Shown here in pieces: positions 62,991 to 64,000 of a stretch of DNA of 64,000 nucleotides. Source of the DNA: a virus. Taxonomy: Duplodnaviria; Caudoviricetes. The translations under genes were made by a program, and so were the position numbers. The stretch covers positions 11,996 through 75,995 of the IMG/VR virus record IMGVR_UViG_3300014664_000015; one strand, 5' to 3'. How positions within the stretch are numbered: the first letter of the stretch is position 1; each line of letters starts with the position of its first letter. Under the pieces are notes generated by a model, which was not told where the DNA came from, searched no databases, and saw nothing but the letters and a program-made list of their open reading frames with translations.

Positions 62991-64000
62991 TGCCCAGAAT
63001 CCGCAAAAACCCAGATGATAACTGGATGCCGCCCCGCGTTCGCCGGGGCAAATCAGCATATGAGTTCAGAACCCCTGACGGAAGAACAATCAGATTGTGC
63101 AACCACGATCTAACCAAGTCTCAGGTCTGGGCAGCCTATGAAAACTTCATCAACGATATCAAGGTTGGTTCCAATTTCCATGCCCTATGCGAAGAGTTTT
63201 TTAACTCTGGTGACTTCCATGAGCTGGCAACAGAAACCAGAAAGGATTACCGGAAATATGGTTCAAAGGTAAATGTCGTTTTCGGAAAAATGAAACCAGA
63301 AAATATCAAGCCAGAGCACATCAGAAAGTATATGGATAAGAGGGGGGTTAAGAGCAGAGTTCAGGCGAACCGGGAGAAAGCCTTTATGTCTAGGGTATTC
63401 AGGTGGGCATATGAGCGCGGCAAAGTGAAAATGAATCCATGCCAGGGTGTGAAGCAGTTTAAAGAGCAGGCGCGAACCCGGTACGTGACGGACAAAGAAT
63501 ATGATGCACTATTCAGCGTTTCGTCGGTACCGGTGAAGATTGCCATGGAGTTGGCCTATTTATGCTGCGCACGCCAGGGAGACATTCTGGATCTTAAAAA
63601 GAGTCAGATACTGGATGAAGGGATTTTAATTCAGCAAAGCAAGACGGCAGTGAGTCAGATAAAGGCGTGGACAGTACGCCTGTCAAATGCGGTCACCCTG
63701 GCTGATTCTCTGCCTTTAAATAGTGGTATGGTGAGCCTTTACGTAATCCACCAGCAGTCTGGTTCTCGTTATACACGTGATGCTTTTAATGCTCAGTGGA
63801 TGAAGGCGAAAAAGTTAGCCGCAGAAAAATTTCCTGAGCTCGAATTTAACTTCACGTTCCATGATCTGAAAGCTAAAGGGATATCTGATCTGGAAGGAAC
63901 GCTGCATGAAAAACAGGAAATATCGGGCCACAAAAATGCTTCGCAGACTGCACGATATAACCGCAAAATATCTGTAGTTCCGGTGGTTGGGGGGCAGTAA
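62990..64000 (+). CDS. Tyrosine integrase, prophage 2
   Basis: CARQGD, FHDLKAKG, SGH...TARY; clear homolog of 24729-25742. Confidence 0.95.
   Translation: MPRIRKNPDDNWMPPRVRRGKSAYEFRTPDGRTIRLCNHDLTKSQVWAAYENFINDIKVGSNFHALCEEFFNSGDFHELATETRKDYRKYGSKVNVVFGKMKPENIKPEHIRKYMDKRGVKSRVQANREKAFMSRVFRWAYERGKVKMNPCQGVKQFKEQARTRYVTDKEYDALFSVSSVPVKIAMELAYLCCARQGDILDLKKSQILDEGILIQQSKTAVSQIKAWTVRLSNAVTLADSLPLNSGMVSLYVIHQQSGSRYTRDAFNAQWMKAKKLAAEKFPELEFNFTFHDLKAKGISDLEGTLHEKQEISGHKNASQTARYNRKISVVPVVGGQ

Larger units (their letters stand above)
25852..64000. mobile_element. Prophage 2 (HK97-type head, lambda-type tail tip), right att just beyond window
   Basis: Complete tail-head-lysis-Q-replication-immunity-xis-int order. 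Confidence 0.95.

Overview
The whole window is phage DNA: two divergent lambdoid prophages in tandem and in the same orientation, joined at a truncated tRNA-Leu(UAA)/leuZ 3' half at 25852-25908 (attachment junction). The host is probably enterobacterial (inference). Prophage 1 (<1 to ~25.9 kb, tail region cut off by the window edge) has a lambda-type terminase and portal, a Clp protease-capsid fusion, a lambda-like cos, a GH19 lysis cassette, tRNA-Arg(UCU), Q, O/DnaC-type replication genes, a repressor without a peptidase domain, a RecE-like protein without its nuclease domain, and xis/int. Prophage 2 (~25.9 kb to >64 kb, nearly complete) has an HK97-type head, a lambda-type tail tip, Cor, a closely related lysis cassette, DUF1133 Q, an S24-type CI, and a related xis/int. 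Best candidates for new biology: (1) a ~370-nt terminator-bounded non-coding cassette at 8775-9143 that folds by eye into an RNase P specificity-domain-like architecture with two UGGA-containing repeats; (2) a 278-aa protein assembled from scrambled tail-tip J and tape-measure segments; (3) a GNAT-like gene plus a 57-aa gene separated by three back-to-back hairpins; (4) a very acidic 110-aa moron protein; (5) LexA-controlled, pre-cleaved UmuD'-like genes in both prophages; (6) a zinc-binding gene lying antisense in a pL operon. All protein family calls come from motif recognition and synteny, and all RNA structures were paired by hand; no database search or folding program was run.
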